Source: Laetmonice hystrix (taxonomy: Eukaryota). From it: a DNA stretch of 64,000 bases. Under the pieces are notes generated by a model, which ran no database searches, was not told where the DNA came from, and saw only the letters and a list, made by a program, of their open reading frames with translations. A program made the position numbers and the translations under genes. The stretch is taken from positions 42,968,001 to 43,032,000 of the forward strand of contig OZ249436.1 in assembly GCA_965235115.1 (NCBI GenBank), given 5' to 3'. Positions within the stretch are counted from its first letter, which is position 1. Each line of letters starts with the position of its first letter. Shown one piece after another: positions 37,197-48,990 of this stretch.

Positions 37197-37478
37197 CCCC
37201 GCCTGGTATTCCTAGCCGCGGCGCTGACCGTCATCGGACTGTTCATGGCGGCGTTCACCGTGTACCACTTCTACCTGGCGGCCACCAACCAAACTACCAA
37301 CGAAAGATACAAACGTCACCGGCTCTCCCGCCTTCATAACACCCGCCTCCTGTGCCATCCGTACAGTAGGGGTTTCCTCCAGAACTTACTGGAGGAGGTT
37401 TTCCCCATCCAGTGCCGCCCGCCAGTCAGTGTCCCGGCGAGCAGGGACAGCACGTGTTACCACAGGAAGCGTAGATAG
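37179..37478 (+). CDS. ZDHHC4: ZDHHC4-like coding exon 5 (TLFMQLPRLVFL...YLAATNQTTNERYK...YSRGFLQNLLE...RKRR*)
   Basis: catcag|ACA TTG. Contains the TTxE motif (NQTTNE) and a PaCCT-like YSRGFLQNL. Total CDS is 1062 nt = 353 aa. Confidence 0.92.
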   Translation, partial: TLFMQLPRLVFLAAALTVIGLFMAAFTVYHFYLAATNQTTNERYKRHRLSRLHNTRLLCHPYSRGFLQNLLEEVFPIQCRPPVSVPASRDSTCYHRKRR

Positions 37479-37848
37479 TATCAATCAGTGGGTTTCTTCC
37501 CGATCTCAGCCTGAAAGCTGTTACCAACATAAATATTGAAACGTCTCATTACACTGGAGGAAGTTCGTCATTGACTGAAGAGGTCCACGATCTGAATTAT
37601 GTGATTGTATGCACAATGGGTCCGCGCCCATCAAAATGGTTTATTTGTGTACAAAATAAAAGGATAACTTATGATCCCCATATGATTGGTCTTACTGGTG
37701 TTGATTGTAACTCCAAGCATAAATCAAATGCACACATGCTTCATTCCCAGAACAACCTTAGGATAGATTTGTAACATGTTCTTTCATACACAGGGCCTTA
37801 GGATATTTCTTGACGATGGTTCACTCAGTCTCTACATCTCAGATCTCT

Positions 37849-39383
37849 TCTGGTGAGGTAGGGTTGAAACTTCTGGTGAGGTAGGGTTGAAACTTCTGGT
37901 GAGGTAGGGTTGAAACTTTTGGTGAGGTAGGGTTGAAACTTCTGGTGAGGTAGGGTTGAAACTTTTGGTGAGGTAGGGTTGAAACCTCTGGTGAGGTAGG
38001 GTTGAAACGTCTGGTGAGGTAGGGTTGAAACTTCTGGGTTGAAACTTCTGGTGAGGTAGGGTTGAAACCTCTGGTGAGGTAGGGTTGAAACTTCTGGTGA
38101 GGTAGGGTTGAAACTTCTGGGTTGGAACTTCTGGTGAGGTAGGGTTGAAACTTTTGGTGAGGTAGGGTTGAAGCTTCTGGTGAGGTAGGGTTGAAACCTC
38201 TGGTGAGGTAGGGTTGAAACTTCTGGTGAGGTAGGGTTGAAACTTTTGGTGAGGTAGGGTTGAAACTTTTGGTGAGGTAGGGTTGAAACCTCTGGTGAGG
38301 TAGGGTTGAAACTTCTGGTGAGGTAGGGTTGAAACTTCTGGGTTGGAACTTCTGGTGAGGTAGGGTTGAAACTTTTGGTGAGGTAGGGTTGAAGCTTCTG
38401 GTGAGGTAGGGTTGAAACCTCTGGTGAGGTAGGGTTGAAACTTCTGGTGAGGTAGGGTTGCAACTTCTGGTGAGGTAGGGTTGAAACGTCTGGTGAGGTA
38501 GGGTTGAAACCTCTGGTGAGGTAGGGTTGGAACTTTTGGTGAGGTAGGGTTGGAACTTTTGGTGAGGTAGGGTTGAAACTTTTGGTGAGGTAGGGTTGAA
38601 ACCTCTGGTGAGGTAGGGTTGGAACTTTTGGTGAGGTAGGGTTGAAACTTTTGGTGAGGTAGGGTTGAAACTTCTGGTGAGGTAGGGTTGAAACTTTTGG
38701 TGAGGTAGGGTTGAAACTTCTGGTGAGGTAGGGTTGAAACTTCTGGTGAGGTAGGGTTGCAACTTCTGGTGAGGTAGGGTTGAAACGTCTGGTGAGGTAG
38801 GGTTGAAACCTCTGGTGAGGTAGGGTTGGAACTTTTGGTGAGGTAGGGTTGGAACTTTTGGTGAGGTAGGGTTGAAACCTCTGGTGAGGTAGGGTTGGAA
38901 CTTTTGGTGAGGTAGGGTTGGAACTTTTGGTGAGGTAGGGTTGAAACTTTTGGTGAGGTAGGGTTGAAACCTCTGGTGAGGTAGGGTTGGAACTTTTGGT
39001 GAGGTAGGGTTGAAACTTTTGGTGAGGTAGGGTTGAAACTTTTGGTGAGGTAGGGTTGAAACTTAATTTGGTGAGGTAGGGTTGCAACTTCTGGTGAGGT
39101 AGGGTTGAAACTTCTGGTGAGGTAGGGTTGAAACTTCTGGTGAGGTAGGGTTGAAACTTTTGGTGAGGTAGGGTTGAAACGTCTGGTGAGGTAGGGTTGA
39201 AACTTCTGGTGAGGTAGGGTTGAAACTTCTGGGTTGAAACTTCTGGTGAGGTAGGGTTGAAACCTCTGGTGAGGTAGGGTTGAAACTTCTGGTGAGGTAG
39301 GGTTGAAACTTCTGGGTTGAAACTTCTGGTGAGGTAGGGTTAAAACTTCTGGGTTGAAACTTCTGGTGAGGTAGGGTTGAAGC
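37849..39383 (+). repeat. 23-bp minisatellite (about 67 copies) downstream of ZDHHC4
   Basis: Unit ctggtgaggtagggttgaaactt. Confidence 0.97.
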
Positions 39384-40485
39384 ATAACACCAGCACTGTT
39401 TTGTTTCTAGACAACGCCAACTCCGTTACTGTATTTTTTGTTGCTTGAAATTGCTGGAATTTGGTAGGCTAATAACTAATATGTTACGCTTGAACTGAAA
39501 TAGTCTATAAACTTCGCAACATGTACATGCTTAGCCCGAGCCTGGAGCTGAGGCAGGCCAGACATGCTATAAGACACATTTGGGATTCCCTCGGGTATAT
39601 GACGTCATGACCGCGGGATTCCCGATTGGTAGGCTATCGATGCTGAGGGCAACGATAAACATCTTCCGGATTCGCGGATTTCAACTTTTTTGAGACTGAA
39701 ATTTGTGTTAAAATCCCACTTCAATACTACCGAATACAACAAAATGCACTAAATTTGTGTCAGATTCCGCGATCTGTTGGAACTACTTAGCAGGGCGGTA
39801 GAACATGAGTGGTGATGTGACCTCACATGCGTTTAGCGTTTGTAGCTTTGGGCCTGTCTTACATCCGAGGGTATTTCGCAACCGGAAATGAAATGACCTC
39901 GGACATTCCGATTGCGCGTCCGTGGGACAAACGTTGACCTCCGTTTGACCATAAACAATGCCAATAGGACATGTCAACATCTAAACCAGTATCTATAGAG
40001 ACCTGAATAGATTTTCTTTGACGTCTAATCCACTTGTCAGAGGTATCAGGCGGAGATCTGTTTAACAAGCCAGACACTGCTTGTCTTTCACCTTTGTCGG
40101 TGTGTCGGCCGTCGCCGTTTTGACCACGTTGTGTCACGTGATAAAAGAAGATTCAACATGGTGACGACTGTGCGAGGGCCGAGAGGATCTGGCCCGGACA
40201 GTCCCGAGGTGGGCCGAATGCCCGAAATTGGCCAACCGACTTGCGACTCTAGCTGATTTCCCTCCGCAAATGTAGTTCCTAATATTTCATCATATATTTC
40301 TCTTGTACGGTGAATGTCACTTGTTATAATCTCGGTTTTGGGATTTAGAGGTAGGCCTACGTTGAATTTTGCTTTGCAAAAACGGAGTTAAACGCGTAGG
40401 TAGAGGACCGATCCTGTCCGTAAAAAGTGAGGTGTGGCAGAGGGGTAGTGGAGAAAGCCCCTCTGCATTATGGGAGATTGCATTG

Positions 40486-41110
40486 ATGCTTGCGGTCCAA
40501 GAGAAGCTGGCCAGACGACATGCAGTTCGTAGGGAGCGGGTATTTCGACATCGTGTTCATCACTAGAGTAATAACTAGACCGATTCGATGACTTGGAACT
40601 CTATACCAATGTTATCGCTTCGACAGGCACACTATTTTGGAGCTCATATTTTATATTGTTGGCGATGCGCTTTATCCCCAAACCCGGCAGAATCGTGCAG
40701 TTCCTCTGGAACTTAAAGTTCTAAAGCTCTCCATTACGGTTATATGCTTGCAGGTCAGCATTGACTGGGGATTCGATTTATATTATCTCAACCAACAATG
40801 AGAGGAATAATATCCCAATTTACCGATTGAAATTTCCGATTGCTGATGAAGTTTATAATGTAATGCATGATTTTTATCGAATAGCTAACTATCCCAGTGC
40901 CGTGGGCGTCATCGATGGCACTCATATTTAGATTCTCAGTCCCACCCTACATGAGTGGAGATATATCAACAGAAAACACTATGATTCGATCAACACGCAG
41001 GTTGTGGTGGATGCACCATGCCGGATCATGAACATTATCGCCAAATGGCCAGGTAGTACTCGTGATTCTGTGATTATGAGGCAAAGTGGACTTTGCAGAC
41101 TATATGCTCA
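40486..41110 (+). pseudogene. Decayed PIF/Harbinger (HARBI1-like, DDE_Tnp_4) transposase
   Basis: Manual translation gives RRERVFR...YRFDR..., then FYRIANYPSAVGVIDGTHI*ILSP...YINRKHYDSINTQVVVDA...AKWPGSTRDS. In-frame TAG at 40929-40931, frameshifts and 3' truncation. Confidence 0.88.
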
Positions 41111-41819
41111 TGTCCATTTTGGGTGGCAACACTAAACGACTTGGCACGGGGATATTGTGTCAGGGTCAGGGAAGTAGTTGAACTGAGCTGCATCCAGGAT
41201 TTCTACAAATGAAGGCAATTAGCCCCCTCTTCCCACAAAAGGGGGCCAATGGCTCTCCAAGGGGCCCAATTTTTACCGTGCTGTCAAACTGCTTAGATTT
41301 ACGAAATAGAATAATGTATAAATAACTACTTATAATCTAGTTTACCTGACAGAAGGTAGAGAAATGTACCAGATGCCAGTGGAAATGCTATGCACGATCT
41401 CCCTCTACATAGTTTGTATCAGAATATACCGGAAAATACAGGTTAGCGGCGCGGTCTACCTTCAAGAATGCGTGAAATTCGGCCTAGATGCGTATAGTTA
41501 CACCTCTGTCACCTTGTGACGACAGAGCAAAGGTTTTTTGGCATTTCTTTCTTGCAACATTGAAGTCAGTGTTCAGTCAAGGGAGAGAAGCAGTCCCTAC
41601 AAAAAAAGAGAGTAAATAAAGTTTACACAGCCAGACTTCAGCAACTTAAATTCTTTTATATTATCTATAATAGCCAAGGTATGATTGAGTGATTTGGAAG
41701 TTATTAAACTCTGTAGTGGCACCTGGGTCATTCACAGGTCAGTGATGTTTTGTTACAACAGAAGATGTTCCCACCGTCTGATCCAACAACCCTCGTGCCA
41801 CGTCACCAGTCGCGGATCC

Positions 41820-41998
41820 AGGGCCCGGTTTTTAGTTCATCATTTTACCAATCTTAAGACTGGAATTCTAACACTGACTTGTGTTATGGTCTCTCATTGG
41901 CTGGCTTCATTTGAAGGACCAATCAAAAGCTCTGAAACAAGAGTTCAGTCTTAAGATTTGAATCTTAAGACTTGGTTTTCAAACTAAAAACTGGGGCC
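41820..41998. mobile_element. Short Harbinger-like MITE
   Basis: ggcccggtttttagtt ... aactaaaaactggggcc inverted ends, with internal cttaaga repeats. Confidence 0.5.
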
Positions 41999-43208
41999 AG
42001 GGGTGCGTTCTTTGAAATGGTCGCTGAGCCAAAGAGGTCTTTGCAGCGACGGGTGTTTCACTAACCACCTATTCTTAAACATTGGCCCCGTTAGTGGAAC
42101 GTACCCCTGAGGGCACAGGAGGCGCGCCCCCTATTTTGGTCACATAAGTTAATAAAATTTCACTTAACTTAAAAACTACTGATACTTATTTAAAAACTCT
42201 TGATTCTTGAGCATGTTGAGAGTTGATGTATGCCTCCGAATGCACTCTATTTCAGGAAATCAAGCCTATTTAAAAAAAAAATCTGTCCGCGGATGGATGT
42301 GCCATACGAATACTATGACCTGGCGCCCCCCCCCCCATCCACAAATCCTGGATCCACCACTGCGTCACGCATCGTCTCGCTCACGATGTCACGTGATTTA
42401 TACGGGGCGTCGTTGTCTCCGGATTATACACTTGCCCACTCAGTTCTTACAGTTACGACGTTAACAAATAACAAATGGTGGTTTTAAAATATTCAAAAAG
42501 TAACATTTTTGAAAAAACTATGTACCACTCAAAACTAGAATCGATGGGATTTATGATTTATCAATTATGATTTTTGAACTTAGCAGATTTTTGAACTCAT
42601 CAACCAAAATCGGTATCTCTCTTCCTGCCGGTTTCCGATGGCAGTACATCGTCTCATTCGTGACAAAACTGCACGTAACGTTCTGCTGGACTTTTCTCTG
42701 AAGACAGGACATTCTCTAGCTCATCACAAACATTCACAATTGTCTGCGGCTTCGTCCATTTTCCCGAGTAAATTCTCTTCGAACATGAACCACACTTCGA
42801 GTGTGGGAGTAAAATGAGATTATCACAAAAATCTTCTCTTCTATGGCGAGAGGCATTTTGACCAACTGAAGCGAATCGAAGTACTGACCACATGCTCACT
42901 GTCCCCATGCTGTGACTAGTTGTTATGCAATCGGTTAAGTGCGTAACACTATGGCAGCCTTTACCTGTTTTCTTTGAACATGTCAACAAGGGGCAAACGA
43001 AGGTTGGTTTCGTAACGATTTCGTCACGGATGACGTCACAATTTGCATACCACCACATGATATGCAGTCTCCTGGCGCTGGATGGCCAGTTGCCAGGGTA
43101 AAAATTGTGAATATCAAAAATACATGTAGTTTTTTAAACACGTAAAGCTCGACTGTAGGCCGTACAGCCGTTACACAGTCTATTTTCGGTGAACGGACGC
43201 GGGCAAAC

Positions 43209-43216
43209 ATGGACAG
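43209..43216 (+). CDS. Uncharacterised multi-pass membrane protein, inferred coding exon 1 (ATG GAC AG)
   Basis: gcaaacATGG has a good Kozak context and is followed by AG|gtaagg. Phase 2 matches the acceptor at 48385. Confidence 0.6.
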
Positions 43217-44916
43217 GTAAGGCTGGCGATTTATGTTTGTGAGAATAGGCCTATAGATCTAGTCATCGAGAAATGGGACCTATTTCATTAACGGGGGACA
43301 TCTTGGCGACACCCCCTCATCACTGGATGGGGTGGGGAGGGACCCCAGTCACATTCCCGTTTCTCAGGGCGATTGTACACGATTGACCACGATTGGCAAG
43401 GCTGGTTTGATACGGGAGGAAATGCCCGTCTCCACCGGAGGCACCCTGTACACCTACCGTCAATAACGCTTACGGCGTTTGGACGGGGCGTTTAATGACG
43501 TCAGTACAAGGATATGACAACTTCTCCATCCCGCTGACCGGGCCAAGTCGCTTACGTTTACGCCGCATTCACTTTCCGTACGAGATGCGTATGAATAACG
43601 GGACACAATCGGGGCACAATCGGATTATGTCGTTGTCATCGCCCTCAGAAAGCTTTCTCGCATTTCACGCGGAAATGGCCACGCATCGCCGCCGCGCATG
43701 GCCGCCGCGCACTTCGCCGAGTGCTTCAGTCTTTCCACAGCGTGAAAACGCATCGCACACCGCTCAAGTGGACACAGGACTTACTGGTTCGTTCCGGGTG
43801 TAAAAGTTGTGGCTTGATTGATTAGTCACCAGCTAGTTGTGTTTAGTGACAACTAACAAACACAATTCGTTATAGGATAAATTTAAAATATTAAAAGTTT
43901 AGCAAAATCATAAGGCCAAAATCATAAGTTAAGAAAGAGTTCGATTACCTCAGTAAGCTGATGTCATGGACTCACCCATAGCCGTGAGACCATTCTGTTG
44001 GTATAGTAGCACAGAGGAGATTACACGTAGATGTGCTGGTCAAGTTGAGTCTGTCTAGCTTTTATTGTCTCTCTCTATTTATACATATTTGGTCCAGCGT
44101 CCTTTCATAACCCTGCTGGGCTTGATATTGTGGACTGGATCACTCATGATCACTCTCAATTAAAACAAAAGTAAATTCGCCAGTTTGTACAGGTCAGGCA
44201 CACAGGCCGTGAAATTCTAAGCAAGTTAGAAAAGATTTGAACACATTTGGTGCTCAGATAGTTAAGATATAAGGATGTTAGTGCCGGCCAGCTCAGCTCA
44301 GCGGTTGGATACCACCATAGCGTCTGCTATTGTTGCGTCATGGGTCTAAACATGGTCTAAACCAATCACAGCACGACAGCTCTCCAGTTTGGAACTAAAA
44401 ACTGACAGACATGATGCGTTGATCGATTCGAAAGGTAGCAAACGTTGACAGCTTACATGATCCATATTTGTTAGAACATAGATGGAAACCATCAATAGTG
44501 ATGTGGAGTGGCTAGGAATTAAGCCTACCGACATCAGGGTGTAGGATCAGGGTGGACACGGATTTGGGCCGCCGTGGTGTTCGGCCGCCTGCATTCAATT
44601 CGTGCTCGGAGGTGTGATTGTTGACGGAGCTCAGCCCCGCTGGGCCCCCACTGTATACGATCGGGCACTGAGAAAATAAGAATAAAAACCTATCATTTTT
44701 TTATGTTTATTTGAAAGCTTATACTATGACTATGTTATACACAAAAAATTAGAACTTTGGTATTACTTTCATTTTTTTAAATATCACGCCAGTTTATTCC
44801 AATATAGGAAATATTAGTACCGTTCTCTGCCACCAGATGTAGTGACCGTCCCACGCCGGTTTATCTAATAAGTCTCGTTCATATATTGTGGAAAACAGTG
44901 CCATCTAGTGGCTTAA

Positions 44917-45533
44917 GGACAAGTGCTAGTGTGAGGCCAAAATTTTTTTTTTGACAGATTTTTTTTAAATTTTGCAGATAAACAGAGTATGTTGTCCTCT
45001 TTCAAAATTCACCAAAAAAATGATACCTCACCAGGTTAGTTTTTTTGTTAAGAGCGTTTGAAATTGATATGTTCGTCATGTTAATTAATAATTAGTGTTT
45101 AGAATTTTTTTTTTATTTTTTTTTTTACCATTTTTATTTGTCATAACGGTCTTCAAGTTATAGAAGTGGTAAAAAAAAAAAAAAAAAAAAAAAAAATGTT
45201 TGATTTTGAACATTTTCACTTTTGCTCATTTACACCAGTAAAAAAGGTTCAAAGTCAATTTTTTTTTTTTTTTTTTTTTTTTTACCACTTCTATTTGTCA
45301 TAACACCGTTCTGACAAAAAAAAAGTGGTAAAAAAAAAAAAAAAAAAATTGCAAATTGTATTCATTAACATGTAGAAAATACCAACTTTAAATGCTCTTA
45401 ACAAAAAAACTAAGCCGGTGAGGTATGATTTTTTTTGCTGAATTTTGAAAGAGGATAACATACTGCAAATATCTGCAAAATTTAAAAAAAATCTGTCTCA
45501 AAAAAATTTTTGGCCTCACACTAGCACTTGTCC
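44917..45533. mobile_element. 617-bp foldback MITE, TTAA TSD, GG..CC termini (Kolobok-like)
   Basis: ttaa|GGACAAGTGCTAGTGTGAGGCCAAAA...TTTTGGCCTCACACTAGCACTTGTCC|ttaa; inverted arms of about 145 bp. Confidence 0.9.
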
Positions 45534-46191
45534 TTAAACCCGGTAATACTAAATACTTCAATACATAGAACAACAACGCCCTCTATGTTTAATATAACCA
45601 ATGAATGTGAAATGGTCTCAAAACCCTAGGTGTACTCTGGCCATTCCTAACAGATAACCTATTGCCACGCTTGGTCCTTGCACCTAAAGCTGGCCAGCTG
45701 AACCGTCGACTGACCTTCCCTGATAACATGTAGATAGTTTACCTAGGTTGATACTTTACCTAGGTTCCCACTCTAGTCTTACCTTACAATAATGTCATGT
45801 TAATTATAAAATTACTAATATATTTATCACTGCCTGTCAAGAAATCTTTCACCTTGACCACAGTAGGTAATTAATATATGTACAGTCATCTAGTGAGAGG
45901 TGGGAAACTTGAATAAAAAGTTTGGCAACTTTACCCAGCCGGGTAAAGACTTAGGAAATAGCTCCATCAGCGTACGCCTTTCAAAAATACAAAGAAAATG
46001 GTAAGACCCGGGATTTTGTTTAAGCCCCAATCACACCGGGCCCGCGACCAGGTTACGACCTAGCTGCGACCGTAAAATGTTGGAATCGCAGGCAAATTGT
46101 AGAAAGAGCGTGCGACTGGTCGCAGAGAACGTGAGTGATCGATCGCCCAGGCAAAATCAGTCGCAGCAAGGTCAAAACTTCTAAACTTCTA

Positions 46192-46990
46192 AAGGCTAGG
46201 TCCCACTAGGGCCTGCGATCAGTTCAGTCGTGCGACTAGGGCTGGTCCTGGGTAGTCGTCCATATCTTTTTGCGATTTGAATGCACCGGTCACATTGTAA
46301 GACCTGTCGTGAGACCTGTAGATAAGAAGGCCTGTTACGACTGATAGCACCACTAATCGCCCGACTCCGGCACGATCACCCAGGACCACGTACGAGTGAT
46401 AAGGCCCTGTCGCACAACGGGCCACGACCCCCTGTGACTGCTCGGGGGACTACTGAGATACTGCCCGCGACCGCAGGGTGCACTGTGGAGCAGGGCTGCA
46501 CCCGAGGTGGATGCTGACATGCCTGCAGACCGAGGCCCCTATATACCCCGCTGATTAGTCTTGGCCAGTGGCTGAAACAGCGCAGGACAACTCACAGGTA
46601 GTCATACGATTTGTCCTCCAGTTGCACGACTTGTCTTCCAATCAGGTCTGGTCGCACGACAGGTCGTGCCAGTGGTGGGGGACAGTCGTTCGGTTGTCCT
46701 ACGACAACAGTTTCCTACGACAATGAAGGACCACCAGAGATTTGTCCCCAAACGACCATCGCACGACAACTGACGACTAGGTTGCGACAGACTGAGACAA
46801 CTTCAGTCGCAGGGAGGTTGTTGCACATGATCAACAACCTCCCTGCGATGGATTTTGGTCGTGCGATTATGGAGGACTACCCACGACCACCCAGGACTTG
46901 TGGCAGGACTTTTATAAGATTGCCTGGGATTTATAGTCGCAGCCTGGTACCTGTTGTAAGTTGTCGTATCTCCTAGTGGGACCTAGGCTT
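46192..46990. mobile_element. Nested TIR element
   Basis: AAGGCTAGGTCCCACTAGG ... CCTAGTGGGACCTAGGCTT. Confidence 0.7.
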
Positions 46991-46996
46991 GAGGGC

Positions 46997-48190
46997 TACG
47001 GTGGCCGATTAGTGCCAACGACGAATACAAATTCAAAACGACGAATACAAAAGCAAAACGACAAATACAAAAGCAAAACGACAAATACAAATTCAAAACG
47101 ACGAATACAAAAGCAAAACGACAAATACAAAAGCAAAAACGACAAATACAAATTCAAAACGAAGAATACAAATTCAAAACGACAAATAAAAAAGCAAAAA
47201 CGATGAATACAAATCCCTCTCACACCACAAACAACAACTTGGCGTGAAGCACGTTTACAAAAAGGATATCCATGTTCCGGGCCGAGAGTCGACCAGGACG
47301 AGTCTAAGTGTAAATGTGGGACAGGGGTGAGCTGAGGTGACATCTACCGGGTGCATAAGGAAACCGAAAACTACCGAAAACTACCGAAAACTACCGACAA
47401 CCAGTTTTCGGTACCGAAAACTACTACCAAAAACTAGTTTTAACTAGGTTTTAACTAGTTTTCGGTACCAAAAACTATCAAAAACTACCGAAAAGTAGTT
47501 TTTTGTCCCGAAAAACTACCAAAAAAGTAGTGTTCGGTACCGAAAACTACCGAAAACTAGTTTTCGGTTTCCTTATGCACCAGGGGGGTACCAGGGGGGT
47601 ACCAAAAACTACCGAAAACTAGTTTTCGGTACCGAAAACTACCAAAAACTAGTTTTTTGTACCGAAAAACTACCGAAAACTAGTTTTTGGTACCGAAAAC
47701 TACTACCGAGTTTTCGGTAGTTTTCGGTAGTTTTTGGTAGTTTTCGGTTTCCTTATGCACCGCTCTTCTACTAACGGAATGCAGTATCGCCAGAACTAGT
47801 CAGAGTGCAAACACCCCTGTCCACTTAGACTCGCCCTGGTCGTCCCTGGGCCCCGAACATGGATACCATTCTTGTAAGCGTGCTACACGCCAACTTGTTG
47901 TTCGCGTTTGTCAGCTCTCTCTTGCATTTGCGTGTTTGAATTTGTTTTCGCGGTTTTTGTTTTGTAATTGCCGTTTTGGCGTTTGCGTTTGTGTTTTCTC
48001 TTTTGTTTTTGCGTTTTTTGAATTTGTGGTCGTGGTTTCTGTTTTGTAATCGCCGTTCTAACTTTTGCGTTTGTGTTTTCTCTTTTGCATTCGTCGTTTT
48101 TAATTTGTAAACGTGTTTTCTCTTTTGCATTCGTCGTTTTTAATTTGTTTCCTCTTTTGTAATCGTCGTTGGCACTAACCGGCCACCGTA
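46997..48190. mobile_element. Non-autonomous element with TAC..GTA termini and 6-bp TSD (IS3EU-like)
   Basis: GAGGGC|TACGGTGGCCGATTAGTGCCAACGACGA ... TCGTCGTTGGCACTAACCGGCCACCGTA|GAGGGC; subterminal A-rich and T-rich repeats in inverted orientation. Confidence 0.88.
47350..47761. mobile_element. Inner TIR element built of accgaaaact repeats
   Basis: GGTGCATAAGGAAACCGAAAACTACC ... GGTAGTTTTCGGTTTCCTTATGCACC; a second right end at about 47560-47581. Confidence 0.7.
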
Positions 48191-48384
48191 GAGGGCAATC
48201 CCAGTATGCGACCGCAAAGGAGATCGTAGCAAACATTGCCGATTGGTCGTACCTAGGCCAATTCGCCACCAATCGCACGATCCAAGAATCGTACGATCCT
48301 GTGTGCCTGAGGCTTAACACCCCATGGCACAACCGGTCTTTCGTCTTGCTCTGTCTAAGCCATCTCTTTCTGTTTGTGCAACAG

Positions 48385-48503
48385 GGAAGAATCTAAAGAA
48401 GAAAAACGAGACACTCAGTCGTGGTTCCAACGGCATGATGTTCTCGTGTTCATCATAGGACATGTTTTTATCGGAGTCATCATAGCAGCCATCGTTGTGT
48501 TAG
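48385..48503 (+). CDS. Uncharacterised membrane protein, exon 2 (EESKEEKRDTQSWFQRHDVLVFIIGHVFIGVIIAAIVVL); not in ORF track
   Basis: gcaacag|G GAA...TTA G|gtaaga. Encodes a transmembrane helix; phase 1 matches acceptor cttacag|GA ATG at 51192. Confidence 0.8.
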
Positions 48504-48990
48504 GTAAGACAAATCAAATAACACCACAGCAGCCATTGTTGTGTTAGGTAAGACCAATCAAACAACACCATAGCAGCCATCGTTGTGTTAGGTAAGACCA
48601 ATCAAATAACATCATAGCAGCCATCGTTGTGTTAGGTAAGACCAATCAAATAACACCATAGCAGCCATTGTTGTGTTAGGTAAGACCAATCAAATAACAT
48701 CATAGCAGCCATCGTTGTGTTAGGTAAGACCAATCAAATAACATCATAGCAGCCATCGTTGTGTTAGGTAAGACCAATCAAATAACATCATAGCAGCCAT
48801 CGTTGTGTTAGGTAAGACCAATCAAATAACACCATAGCAGCCATCGTTGTGTTAGGTAAGACCAATCAAATAACATCATAGCAGCCATTGTTGTTAGCTC
48901 AGGCCAATCAGATAACATAACAGCCATTGTTGTTAGGTAAGACCAATCAAATGACATGATAGCAGCCAGGGCTATTTAGGTAAGGCCATT
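48481..48990 (+). repeat. 44-bp tandem repeat (about 11 copies) containing the donor of the 48385-48503 exon
   Basis: Unit catagcagccatcgttgtgttag|gtaagaccaatcaaataacac; copies decay with distance from the exon. Confidence 0.95.

Larger units (their letters stand above)
46024..48313. mobile_element. Outer TTAA-flanked element hosting nested insertions
   Basis: ttaa|GCCCCAATCACACCGG ... CCTGTGTGCCTGAGGC|ttaa imperfect TIRs; gcgac/gtcgc-rich body. Confidence 0.55.

Noticed and set aside
37825..39385. Long minus-strand ORFs of 420, 517 and 307 aa
   Set aside because: Translations of a 23-bp minisatellite that lacks stops on that strand; open in all three frames with no unique sequence.
40486..41110. 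Functional domesticated HARBI1 gene
   Set aside because: In-frame stop next to the DGTH motif, frameshifts and a missing C-terminal catalytic region.
42654..43058. 134-aa Cys-containing minus-strand ORF near the gene 3 start
   Set aside because: No recognisable domain or convincing splice partners; may be a transposon remnant. Would need a homology search.
46996..48332. Lys/Thr/Asn-rich and Phe-rich ORFs
   Set aside because: Low-complexity subterminal repeats of the IS3EU-like element.
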